This document shows, in pieces, positions 35,603 through 48,158 of a DNA stretch of 64,000 nucleotides. The notes below the pieces were generated by a model. The model made no database searches and was not told where the DNA came from. It saw nothing but the letters and a program-made list of their open reading frames with translations. The position numbers and the translations under genes are program-made. Source of the stretch: Adineta vaga (taxonomy: Eukaryota; Animalia; Rotifera); NCBI GenBank assembly GCA_021613535.1, contig CP075492.1:3038001-3102000 (forward strand), written 5' to 3'. Each line of letters opens with the position of its first letter. Within the stretch, counting starts at the first letter, position 1.

Positions 35603-37204
35603 TTCTTATTCGCACTTCAAGGACAGAAAAGAGAAAGAAAAACATGACTATATAGATAAGATATATGTATTCACCACGTGGTTATATATTCTATAGGTAA
35701 GATAGGAGAGGCCAATGAGGATGTAGCACTTCTGTTTTTGAAGTAGAATTCTTTCAGGAAAAGATCAGTGAATCACATAGATGACCGTTATTTGTTTAAG
35801 ATAAAATGTGCGAGAATATAATGATTGTTGGAGCTAGTGGTAAAGCTCTTGGAATAAAAGTAACAAATAGTTTTCTTAAACGACAAGATGAATTTAATTT
35901 ATCAATTTTGATTTCAAAAGAATCAATGAAGGTTTGAGAATTGAAAGATGGAACATAGTTGTAATCAAATTGTTTATTTAGAATGAAGAAAAAAAGAGAA
36001 TTTTTCAAGATTTTCAAAAACAAGGTGCAAAACTTATTGAAGGTGAACTTGATGATCCTATTGGACTGGAAAAAGTAGGTTTTATTAGAAAAATTAAATT
36101 GATTTTTTTAAAACTTTTTTTTTGAATAGGCTCTTCAAGGAATTGATATTGTTATTTGTCTTTTAACTGGTAATGATCAAAAAGTTCTCTTCAATGGACA
36201 AAAATCTCTGATTGAAGCATCAAAAAAAGCTCATGTAAAACGATTTATTACATCAGATTATGGAATGGAATTATCTCGAATTAAGTTCGTTAATGTTTAC
36301 ACATTTATTCATTTCTCAAACGTTTTTCTTTAGAGAAAATGAATGTCATTATTATAAACCAAAACAAGAGATTCAAAAACTTTTAGAACAAGATTCATCA
36401 ATTGAACATACATTCATTGCAACTGGATTATTCGCAGGTTTTAATTTTTCTTCTTCTTTCTCAAACGTTTCTTTTTCATCAATAAAAATTCAATTCCATT
36501 AAGATTTTCTTTTTACTCCTTATTTTGGAATTGATTTAAAACAACGAAAAATTCAATTCTTTGGCCCTTCAAATATGAAAATCTCTACAACATATTCGAA
36601 TGATATTGCATTACTTCTACCTGATATTATTTTACTTGAGGAATGTAAAAATGCACGAATTGATCTGGCAAGTTTTACAACGACATTTAACGAAATTTAT
36701 GAGATTGCTCAACAAATGACAGGACAAGTTAAAAGATCTTTATTTATTATTTTATTTTCATTGTTTTTTGTAATTAGAATTTTGAATTTATTGAAAATCA
36801 ATCGTATCAAAATCTTACTTCGGAACAATTATATGAACAAGTTTCAGAATTTGTTAAATCAGTTTATGCACGAGGTTAATAACAAAACTTTGAATTTGAT
36901 ATAGAAAAATTTTCATTGACTATTTCAGGCGATGGATTTTTTGAAAAACCATTTAATAAAATTCATCCACAACTTTCAAAAATTCAAACAACAACGATTG
37001 AAGATCTTATTAAGATGAAGATCAATGAATAATTCTTTTTCAAATAAAACTCTTTTCAAAAACTATAACATAATTTTTAACTATAGAACAAACATTCGAA
37101 ACGCAGAGGTTCATGTTTATGAATGGCTGATTTTTTCGCTAATTTGTTCACAGCGACTGTTCGTATAAACTTTGAGAAATCACTTTTTCACGACTGAGAT
37201 AAAA
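34219..37204 (+). repeat. Right copy of ~3 kb inverted duplication (partner 22154-25136)
   Basis: Reverse-complement match; ORFs mirrored in the ORF track. Confidence 0.95.
35806..37032 (+). CDS. NmrA/isoflavone-reductase-like NAD(P)-binding protein, copy 2
   Basis: Seven exons traced in frame from MCENIMIVGASGKALG to TIEDLIKMKINE*; GQKSLIEASKKAHVKRFITSDYG is typical of the family. Confidence 0.82.
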
Positions 37205-37259
37205 GATACTACTACAAATCTCAAATAATGACATCAGACATCAACGATCAGTTCGCCGC

Positions 37260-38037
37260 ATGCTGAATCAGAAAGAAAATACTCGTCCTAGAAAACATCG
37301 ATTCATGTCAGATTCTATTTCACTTATGGTATCGTGTACACAAAATCTGGGGCCTTGGTTAGCAGGTGCTTTCTGTCACAACGCTATGGAATTTTTGGAA
37401 CTTCGTTATTTTGGACATTTAGCAGAGGATTCAAATGCTCGGCGAAGAATAGTAGAACAAGCAGCAGAAGGTCTCCATGTAGAAGGAAAACAAGTAGGTA
37501 AACAGAAGGAAGCTGACTGGATAGCTCAACAACTACTTAATGTCAAGAATGACTCATCCTGAAGAAGTGTGGGCGTGTTGTGGTTATCTCTATTCTAGAG
37601 AATCATTTTTCTACAAAAAACTAAACGAAAATCATGCGATTGGTTGAAGATACAGACGAGCAACATAAGACATTATGGCGAAATAAAGTAAATACGTTTG
37701 GACCATTTGCTATATTACTATTTGATCTTGCAGATTGGAAATCGAGTAAACCTATGATCGTGTATCGAAGTGCTAATCTTGCTGATTATTTAATCGAACA
37801 ATATCAGAAGAAATCTGAATGTGAACAGGTCACGTAGATAGACTAATGTGTTTCCTTATGTTTACTTCCATTAGTCGTAATCGAGAGATAGCAGAGTTCA
37901 TGGATGGGAATGTTCTCTTTGTTATTCACACTGGCGACGGTTCAATTTCTTCATATAATAGTGATTTATCTATATATTCAGAAATCGATGAAGAAGAAGA
38001 AGAAGAACTTTTATTCGACAAAATAAAAAACAAATAG
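37260..38037 (+). pseudogene. Degraded R-S-E class (Arg-specific) ADP-ribosyltransferase
   Basis: Fragments across frames: YLYSRESFFYKKLN, MIVYRSANL, FTSISRNREIAEF..GNVLFVI, DLSIYSEIDEEEEELL; frameshifts and stops. Confidence 0.75.
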
Positions 38038-38396
38038 ATTATTCATCTTAAAGCTTTGGGAATCTAAAAACATCACTGTTTAAAAGAGTCGCAAGATTCT
38101 ATCTTTGTAATATGTTTTTAAAAATCTTTTCATAGTCGTTTATTTCGATAATAAAATGTGGGTGAGGGTGAGACTGAAAATGCAAACTGTGACGTCCATT
38201 CTTACTTAAGAATATGAAGCGCGCGGAAATATCGATCAACCTAAATAATAGTGAAACAAGATTTCCTGAAAATATAATGTCCTGATGTTCGCTAAGGTAT
38301 GATAAAATATCATAGAAAGATAGAGCGAAAGATACTCTATCGATCGGTAAAAAACAGATTCTCCTTCATTATTTTTGGATCATTCTAACCAATTTA

Positions 38397-38594
38397 CAAG
38401 GGTGAAAAAGCGATACTCCACTTCTACTCCACTAATGCTCCAATAAAGTTTTCTCTTTCAACAAGGTATTGGTGGAGTATATAGCTGGAGTAAAGTGAAG
38501 CAAGGTTGAAGTATCAGTGGAGTAGACCCGAAGTAGATTGAAGTAAGATCAGAGTACAACCGGAGTAGAATGGAGTATCGCTTTTCCCCCCTTG
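38397..38594. mobile_element. ~200-bp MITE with ~33-bp TIRs and internal GGAGTA repeats
   Basis: CAAGGGTGAAAAAGCGATACTCCACTTCTACTCC ... GGAGTAGAATGGAGTATCGCTTTTCCCCCCTTG; no clear TSD. Confidence 0.75.
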
Positions 38595-38737
38595 CTCTTC
38601 ATACAATACTTTTATGCAGTTGTTAACTATTTTAACCAGAATCAAGGACGTTAGTTATTTTTTATTTTTATTGATTATAAAGAATAAATATAACAAGAAT
38701 CGTTTGCTATTCTAAAATGAACAAGCAAAGAGACATC

Positions 38738-38798
38738 TTGAGGGTGGGTGTAGAGAGATGACTCCTTCACCCACATCCTCACCCACCCAAATCCTCAA
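38738..38798. repeat. Telomere-like mini-hairpin element
   Basis: TTGAGGGTGGGTG...CACCCACATCCTCACCCACCCAAATCCTCAA; ~35 bp shared with 46820-46855. Confidence 0.6.
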
Positions 38799-39139
38799 TT
38801 TTATCTTTATATTTATTTAATCTACACGATTATATCTATGCAAACATTACAAACAAGGTTTTTATACATGATACGTGTGCAATGAAACATATTAATATAC
38901 AAGCAAAAGAACGAAAGAAAATCAACGACAATATGGTCTTGAGAATGCGAATGTTGTAGTTATTGATGGTCTTTCACTTACATACCCTAATCGTGAACAT
39001 CCTCATTTGATAAAATAGTTTTTATTTTTACAATAGACGAATTATCAAGTATGAAAATAATCAACAAATGGTTTAAAATAAACTTGTTATCCACTTATAT
39101 TTTAATCAAGAAAATATAAACAGATGTATGCGAATATTT

Positions 39140-40322
39140 GACAACATAGAAACATTAATTATATATGTGTGAATTATTCGCAATATAGTTTATCTACTGA
39201 TTAAAATACGGTTCTTTCACATGATGGTAGATGTAAAACTATACCTTTCATCAAATGTTTTCGTATTGATTACTATATTTTTTATTTCAATGTAGTCGAT
39301 ATCACGAACATGAGATATTTCCATATTTTGTTTAAAAAAATTCTCAAGAAATATTTTGCACAACATGTCTTAATCTGTATATAATATGAAAAATATCATT
39401 GGATGCCATTTCTCGTAGACATTGTTTGACTTTAACTTTTCTCTATATGGTCATATATGCCTATTCATGACCTAAAATCTAGATATATATTTGTGCAGAA
39501 TATTGTTCACCTATCATTATGTCATTATCAATTGAATTCATCGTTCGTTTCATTCAAACATGTGTAAAAGACAAATATCGATATCTTTATTTTGTAATTT
39601 CTGTACCATGTACTCTGGTTCTTATTACATGGAGCTGGAGAAATAATCTAACAGGGTGAGTTTAAGATTACTCATTGCTTCACAAGAAGAATAAATGTTG
39701 CAGAAACTTCATTTTGTTTAGATTATCATGGTGGTCAAATCAAATAACATCGACTATTCTAGTCTTCGTTTATATTGCTATATTTTATCACTTTGATTGC
39801 AATATGATCCATTTCTTTTTTCATGCTTTTTTCATTGCATCAACTGTGCATCATATTATTATATCCATTGTATTCGATATACTGAGTGAAAGTATTTTAT
39901 TGGTTATTAGAAGAGAATGTTGGACTGATTCTTATTGCTGGTCGGTTTCATTTATTTTCGTCCTACAACGTGATGGGCCACTACTTCTTAGCACATCTAT
40001 TGGCGTAATTGCATTAAGATATTCTCTTACTCATCAAGTTGATCTTTCTGACTCGATAGATTATGTTTCAATTAATGATTCATTTTCGGATTATTCTTCA
40101 CAGAGAACAAGATTAAGACGACGTTGTGTACCAAGAAGATATCGAAGGGTTCGTTGTACATTGGTTCGATTTGTTGTGTTTGGAAGAATTCGTAATCATC
40201 GTCGACGTCACAATTGTTATCATTATGTATATGATTATTAATGAAGATTTCAATTACAGTTGTTGTTCTTTTGTATTTACTATTAAATAAATAGTTTTCT
40301 GATTAAAAAATCGTCATTTGTG
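39140..40322 (+). repeat. Direct duplication copy 1 (partner ~45312-46795)
   Basis: Colinear similarity with indels in the 5' part; near-identity over 39975-40322. Confidence 0.9.
39483..40241 (+). CDS. Uncharacterised multi-pass membrane protein with Arg-rich tail (last two exons; start unclear), copy 1
   Basis: Exon YICAEYCSPIIMSLSIEFIVRF...NNLTG|gtgag..tttag| splices in frame to the hydrophobic ORF 39675..40241. Confidence 0.5.
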
Positions 40323-42851
40323 AGGGCATTGCTTTAGATATGAGTAGATGAGAAAATAAGCCGTAGTCCTCCTCAAGAAATTAGTTATGTGAGGATGCAA
40401 CATATAGTATCGTTGTTTTTGATAAATCTCTTCACACAAATACAATATGTTAGAGAAAGATTTTGTTTTTTAATCATTACTGATGACGAAGTATAACTAT
40501 AATTTATGCATATTTTTTACTTGTGGCATATTTTGTGATTGATCTGTCATCTTTGTGAGTATGCGCTCTAATCCACAATTGGCACATTTTGTTTCGTTCT
40601 AGCGATTGTTATTGAAAGTGCCGATATGAATGTAAAAGAACAATTATCTACTTTCGCTCACCACACCATTTCTCCTCCTATCCTACTTCAAATTCCATTT
40701 TGCTAAGTAATTTAAAAAATCAAGTATATCTATTTGAATGACACATCCTTTTCTATGAATAAAGTATAGTTAATCGACAAAGAATGTCTAAACCATCGTA
40801 TATAAACTAGTTAATCTTGTTATTACTTATCATGAGTATTAGTTGTAACAACGTATGATAACAAATCCGAGCATAATGCTTCAATTTTTAATCTAACAAG
40901 AAAGGACTTTTTGTTAGGTAGAAGATTTGAGTGTGGGTGCAAATTTATTTATAAATATACAACCTTTACCTCTACTCTTGTCCATCCTCACTCTTCAAGG
41001 TTCGTTTAGTGTCTGAAATACAATAGATGAATGTAACATAAAAATAGAAAATGGACAATTTTCGAGGCAATATTTATATTTATTATCTTCGTCTTCAAGA
41101 TCTCATCGTAAGTGAGTACAAATCGATTATTGTTATCTAATCCGCTTGTCATATTGAACAAAAAGCTTTTGATTCCCCTGGTAACGGTGAAACCATTCGA
41201 ATTGGACTTTGCAATATTCTATTTTTAGTTTTTGAAACGTTCTTGTTCAATTGATTCATCATAGGATTCCATAGAAACCAACGCCCTTGAAATAGATCTC
41301 ATGCATTTGAAATATTAAATTTCATATTTTACCGATAATCTTTCTAGAATAAAAGAATGGCTTATTTTTTACTTTTAACATCAGCAACGATCTTGGTGTA
41401 TCACTGAAATAGTATGATTAAATGTAGAAAATAAATGAAATGCGCAAAAACTCTTCGTTTTCATATTATATCTCATTTAATTTGTTTAAAAATGTCTTTT
41501 CCTAGGGAGACTATGATCATTTTATTACCATCGTGCATTGTAAAATGAATAAAATAGACAAGAACTTTCATTTTTCTGATCAAATCTTTATAAATTAAAT
41601 TGATATTCATTAGACAATAATATATTGATGAAATCTAACGTTATGATATCAAATTAGTAATCAATTCCGCTAATTGAGAGATAAGATTAGTTATTTAACT
41701 AATTCTGTATTATCAATATTAAATACAACGTTAAAGACTACAGAAAAAGAATTATAATCGTTTATCGTATTTACGAAATATGGTTAGTCATTCATGCTGA
41801 CTTGGCACCTCGATACCATCGAGAGAAAAATTCGTTTCTATTTTCCTTTCTTCGACCATCTCGATCGAATCGAGGTCGAGCGGGTACAATAACAAAAACA
41901 TTCAAACAGTGAAGAAAGGAAAATATTTCAATAAGGCAATAAATAAGTGATGATTTGTATCTTTTCTTCATGATTTTCATTGTTCATGTAAAACTATGAT
42001 TATATTATAATAAATACAACTCTATTCGATATTAACAGAGAAAGTCTTGAATCTGCATAATAGTTTTATGAAGAGATTGTAAAGTTTGTCCCACGTTCAA
42101 GCTGAATTGCTAGATATTGAAAAAAATTCTTCGATTAATATAAGCAGAACATATCCTGTGAAGCTTTTGTTTCATGAGTTTATAGATCACTTTTCATTAA
42201 GTTAACGAACGATGTACAAATATTATCTCGATAATTTTTGTTGCTGTACATGTTTCTATGAATAAACACGTGAATAATTTTCTTTTTGTTTCTGTACTTT
42301 GTACGGTATGTCTTTCAGCAGAAGATAAAAGTAAATCATTTTTACAACCGTATTTCTATCTCGACGTACAGTTTAACAATTGAAAAAAGTAGGATCATGT
42401 TTCAAATCTTTTTTCATGTATAATCGATCATCTTCTTAGTGTGCTTCTAAAAAAATTCCACTTTTCAACTAAACTCGAGGGAAAAATGCATTCATTCTTG
42501 ATTTGCAACAAGTAAAATATCGTATATCTACTAGTATGATCATTATCTAGACGCACATTTCGCTAGAATACGTTTTACATTACCTATCGGAACAAAAGAT
42601 TTGATTTATATTAAATCTTGTCTATAAAAACACGAAAACATAAAATTGAAAGATCAAGTTTTATGTCCATTGATCAAATAAAATTTAAATCTAACGAAAG
42701 CGATCGGTGTTCTTTATGTCATTAGGAGATCGGGAATCAAAATAAGAAAATGTTTTGTCTTTTTTTTTCAATCCAATTTTCCCATAAAACTAATATCAAT
42801 TGAAAATTTTGTGTTGGTTAATGAGCTTGTTATTTTTACATTTAGTTAATT

Positions 42852-43445
42852 ATGGCTGCTCAGTTTTCGACAAGAAAATTAGAAGATATGAAAAAAATTG
42901 ATTTAATTGAAGCAATAAAGCGTTTACGAACAAAAAATTTCAATTTGCAACAAAAGACTCAGCAGGCTGAACATGCTGGTCATCCTGATAAGAAATTGCT
43001 TCAAGCAGCTCGCTTACGTTCTGTGAAGCATCGTTGTGAAAAGGAAAGATTGGAGCAAATGAGTTACATAGTGAAGGTGGCGTTTATTACGATTTTATTT
43101 GTCAATTTGATGCTTTTCATTTATGCTGGTATATTGGGTGTTGATGAATATGGAATAAAAAGAATCCACATGCCTCCAAAGTATTTGTCAACCAATTTCC
43201 AATGGCTAGTTGATGATAAGATTGGAAGTATTTTGATTGCAACTTTGAGATTTCTCGTTTCTGTCCCGTCTCAAATGACTTTTCCAGCACCATACCGATC
43301 TTTTGCTGCTGTTTCTCTTTTTGCAATTAAGCAAGTAATGCTTCTTTTCTTACCAAAATGGTGTATTGGTTTTATAATATTATTTGCAATATTTGCAATC
43401 ACTATGCTTGATTGGGATAGAAAAAAACAGGTTAGTTTTTTCTAA
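42852..43445 (+). CDS. Uncharacterised coiled-coil + multi-TM protein
   Basis: 197-aa ORF with a charged N-terminal helix and ~3 hydrophobic segments; possible splice donor near the end. Confidence 0.55.
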   Translation: MAAQFSTRKLEDMKKIDLIEAIKRLRTKNFNLQQKTQQAEHAGHPDKKLLQAARLRSVKHRCEKERLEQMSYIVKVAFITILFVNLMLFIYAGILGVDEYGIKRIHMPPKYLSTNFQWLVDDKIGSILIATLRFLVSVPSQMTFPAPYRSFAAVSLFAIKQVMLLFLPKWCIGFIILFAIFAITMLDWDRKKQVSFF

Positions 43446-45311
43446 ATTTACTTTCAACTAATTACAGTTATTGCTTGATTCTTCAACTCAAATTTTGTAA
43501 GACACTTAGTCGTATATTGTATTATATAATGATTCGCCAAGACAGCTTTGAACAGAGACATATTCAAATTCAATTCCTTATAACTTTTCAGCAACAGTAA
43601 TAATGAGTACTAATTAAATTTATCAAATGATAAGTGATAGCTTTTGATGAAATTCAAATCATCTAAGATTCTATCAACTTCATTAAGTAAATCGATTGAT
43701 ACGATTTGGTCATACTTATTAAAGGTGCTAGATGAAAAAATCGTTTGGAAAATTATTTCGTTTATTGTTTATTTGAAACGATGAATTAGAAAAACCTATG
43801 AAATAAAAAAAATTATAAAGTTAATTAATCAATAGTTTTGTCTTCCAACAAAGTAAATCTATATCATATCTCATTTATTTGAATAAAATTCAATTATACA
43901 ATAGTTTGTATCTCTTACTTATTATTTGACTATAAATTCAAATGTAGTTATTACAAGTAATCGAAGCTGTAATGATGCGAGAGATATTCATGACATTTGT
44001 TGAATTAAAGCGTCTTCAGATATAATCAAGAGATTCTTGACCGGTTGTTCACGACATCAATTTTTTGAGTACGTCAGTACAAACGTATCGAATCATACGT
44101 TTTGAAAGTATCTATTATAATAAAATAAACGTGATGAATTACTATAAATAGTTCAAAAAATACTAATCAGTAGTTGAACGTAAATTTACGATAGATTGCA
44201 TTTTCAATTTCACTTCGATATAGAGTATTCTTAGCCAATTTATTATGAATAGTCTTCTTAAAAAAGTATGTGTACTTTGGTTTCTAGTGGCTAAAACATC
44301 GATTCCTTAACTTATTTTTCTTCAAACATTCAGTTTTGTTTCTTTTCTAAGGATTGATACGGAACACGTCATCATTTCTTCTATATGAGAAAAATGCAAA
44401 CATCGAATTTTTCAGTCTTATATCTAGCTTTTTTCATTTCTATATATAAAGCATAGGATTTATTCTTTTTTTTCTTATTCTAGAAAACAATCGAAAGTGA
44501 AGCTGACGTTATGTTGACATAAAATAGTAAACAAAAGTAAAAACTTTGAAATTCTTTTCTTTATTGTTATTCATGATCTTTTTAAGTTTTAAAACCATAG
44601 TATAAAAGCTTTATAGCTACGAAGAAGATTAATTTTCTTTGGAATTTAATTTATTCAGTATATGAACAAGTATCTATCATGTTTTTGCTAACGGTTGACG
44701 AGACAAAACAGAATTCTTGACAATAGAAAAATCGTCTATTAAAACGATTTTCTTCTTTAATTACGATGTAATCAGATAAATTCTAGCATATCAATTTGGA
44801 AGATGAAGAAAAATTCATTTTTCAAAATTTACAAATTGAGAACATATGAAATGGTACACGTTACAGGATATCATTTTCTTGAATTTGAACGAAAATTCTC
44901 GAATCTCAATCGTGAACATTTCGTCTGATTTAATTGATTGGAAATACTACTGACCACACAAAGTAAAAAAGAAAAGATGTCACTTTCGTATTCCAACAAT
45001 GTTTCCAATATTTCAAAAAGCGTATATAAATCTATTATTATTGTTGAATATATACTTATCTCAATTTATTGATCTTTTTATAGAAAACTTCACAAAAAAA
45101 TTCAACGTAATATTGTCACTTATAATCATGATAGCGAGTCATTCTATTCTTCTATCATATATCTACTGATATGTTTTTATTCACATCAACTTATTATTTT
45201 GAAGTTAATATAGACTATAAGTTCATATTGATGTTTATACAACTTTACAACTATATCACATTGATATAATTGAACATCATCTTTCCTTTAAACATCTACA
45301 TAAATATTATT

Positions 45312-46795
45312 GACAAAATAGAACATCAACTATATACATATATCGATTATTCGCAATATAGTTTATCTACTGGTTAAAACATGATTGTTTCACATGATGG
45401 TAGATGTAAACCATACCTTTCGTCAAATGTATTCGTATCGAAAAAAAGAATTCTACTTTTTTTCTTACTATCTTTTACCTCATATGTAGTCGATATCACG
45501 AACATGAGATATTTCTGTGGTTTGTTTAAGAAATTTCAGTCATGGGAACACAACGTCTTCCTTGGTTTTTACGTGTTCGATCAAATTATTCGTTGTAATA
45601 ATTTCTCCCTCAAGAAATACTTTGCACAACATGTCTTAATCTGTATCCAATACGAAAATATTATTGGTGCCATTTCTCGTAGACACTGTTTGACTTTTAT
45701 CTTTTCTCTCTATGATCATATATGCCTATTCATGATCTAAAAATTTTCTTAATCATTCTCTCTCGACATATACAAACGGCTATATACATATTAATTCAGT
45801 TTTGCCATTGTTCGTCGAATGTATGTAGATATATATATATATTTGTGCAGAATATGGTTCACCTGTCATTATGTCATTGTCAATCGAATTCATCGTTCGT
45901 TTCATTCAAACATGTGTAAAAGACAAATATCGATATCTTTATTTTGTAATTTCTGTACCATGTACTCTGGTTCTTATTACATCGACTTGGAGAAACAATC
46001 TAACAGGGTGAGTTTAACATTATTCATCGTAAAAAAACATCGAGTTTTGTAAATAAAAGAAGGTCTTCTTTTATAGGAGAATAAATGTTGCAGGGAAGTT
46101 CTATGTAGCTATAGATGAGTTATTCTTAGTAAATCTATAATGCATAGTTAAGTGATTTTTTCATAGAAGAGAAACTTTATTTTGTTTAGATTATCATGGT
46201 GGTCAAATCAAGTGACAGTCACTATTCTAGTCTTTGTTTATATTTTTATATTTTGTCACTTTGATTGCAATATGATCCATTTCTTTTTTCACGCTTTTTT
46301 CATTGCATCAACTGTGCATCATATTATTGTATCAATTCTATTTGACATACTGCGTGATGCACTGAGTATTATGTTGGTTATTAAAAGAGAATATTTGGTT
46401 GATTTTCAGTATTGGTTGTTCTCTAATATTTTTGTGATAGTGCGCGACGGGCCACTACTTCTTAGCACATCTATTGGCGTAATTGCATTAAGATATTCTC
46501 TTACTCATCAAGTTGATCTTTCTGAGTCGATAGATTATGTTTCAATTAATGATTCATTTTCGGATTATTCTTCACAGAGAACAAGATTAAGACGACGTTG
46601 TGTACCAAGAAGATATCGAAAGGTTCGTTGTACATTGGTTCGATTTGTTGTGTTTGGAAGAATTCGTAATCATCGTCGACGTCACAATTGTTATCATTAT
46701 GTATATGATTATTAATGAAGATTTCAATTACAGTTGTTGTTCTTTTGTATTTACTATTAAATAAATAGTTTTCTGATTAAAAAATTGTCGTTTGT
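45312..46795 (+). repeat. Direct duplication copy 2, containing copy 2 of the membrane-protein gene (last exon 46182..46715)
   Basis: ORF 46182..46715 matches 39675..40241; the C-terminal half is almost identical. Confidence 0.9.
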
Positions 46796-46860
46796 GTGAT
46801 GGTGTGAGTGTAGGTGTATAGAGATGACTCCTTCACCCACATCCTCACCCACCCACGCCC
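46795..46860. repeat. Telomere-like mini-hairpin element at the junction of the direct repeat and the palindrome right arm
   Basis: GGTGTGAGTGTAGGTGTA..GATGACTCCTTCACCCACATCCTCACCCACCCACGCCC. Confidence 0.6.
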
Positions 46861-48158
46861 TGCTCTCAAAACGTAAGGTTTATAACCTCTCTCCAGTTTA
46901 AAAGATTCTTGTTTTTGTATCATGTCTCGATATCGAAAATCTAAAAGAAGGTCTTCTGATGTCTAATATTTATTTTATGCTTTGGCATTTTCCATAGTAA
47001 AGTCTAAAGCTAGATTTTCAGTCGAAAACTCTATAAAATAGGATTAGTTGATGATAAAAACACGAATTAAAGATCTGTCTTCTAATATGTTTTTTTTAAG
47101 AATGAAAAGGGATAATAACACCATAAGATGGATGTTGAGATAGTGTATCTGTTGAGCTGATTACCAGTAGTCTAAAGCGTTTCTCTCCAATAGCTATCAT
47201 TGAGAAATCTTTTTGAAGCTCTGGCTTAACAAACTTTAATTTGCATACTAGTTATCGTATCACATAATCTACTAACTATAACAATGTTGTTATTTATTTT
47301 ATTAAGACATTCGATAAATTCTCTTGAGATTCTTTATTCAACTCATCCATACAGATAAAAATCACTTATTAACTTGAGTTAAATATTTAAAACTTTCTAT
47401 TGGTGTTTTTTTCAAGAAGAAAAAGTTTTATATTAACCATCGGTTCCGACTCAGACAATGATAATTTTAATTTAGCTATTGAATTTATTTGAAATGATCT
47501 CTAAGCGATATTTTCTTTATTACAACTGACTAAACTATAACTCTTGTTACAATAAATAATAGAAAATTTATTGGATGAGTTAATATGTTACATTAATATC
47601 CAATGGAGCAACAACAACAACAGGAATGATTCTGTCAATACAAAGAAGTGAAACATTTCGTTCAGTATCAAATCAAAATGAAATTGCAAACCTTACTATT
47701 GAAAGTGATTTTTCATTACTTTTATTAAACTTTTGATAACTTTTTGTTCACGGGTGCATTCTCTTCATTTCATTCCGCTCGTATTCCAACTATACAATTT
47801 ATATTATCGAGAAGTAACAACAGTAATTACATCGAAAATGTACCCTGATGAATATTCATTAAAAATCACTGATGGTAATGTTCATGTATGATTATTACAT
47901 TCTTTTGTCATGTCGATCTAATTTGAATAAAAAACTTATAATGACATAGACTGAGAATCGAGAAGAATACTGTCATCATTCTCAATTTGCTGAAGAGTTT
48001 GATAAGGTTGTTAAATCGATTAGAACAATTCATAACAGAAAGAGATATCATTATTATCATCTACGTGTATTTTGTTATTTTCTGAATCAATAAGATGTTC
48101 TACAAGAAAAAGGTAGACAAAAAAAACAAATTATTGAACTTTCTAATGAAGTTTCATT

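Noticed and set aside
22154-37204. The 3-kb inverted repeats as TIRs of a giant transposon (Polinton/foldback)
   Set aside because: The repeats consist of host-type gene sequence cut mid-gene; no transposase, integrase or polymerase and no TSD seen.
40400-45300. Scattered protein-like fragments (e.g. ~41100-41310 on the minus strand, 41792..41980)
   Set aside because: Too short and interrupted to assign; treated as intergenic or decayed sequence.
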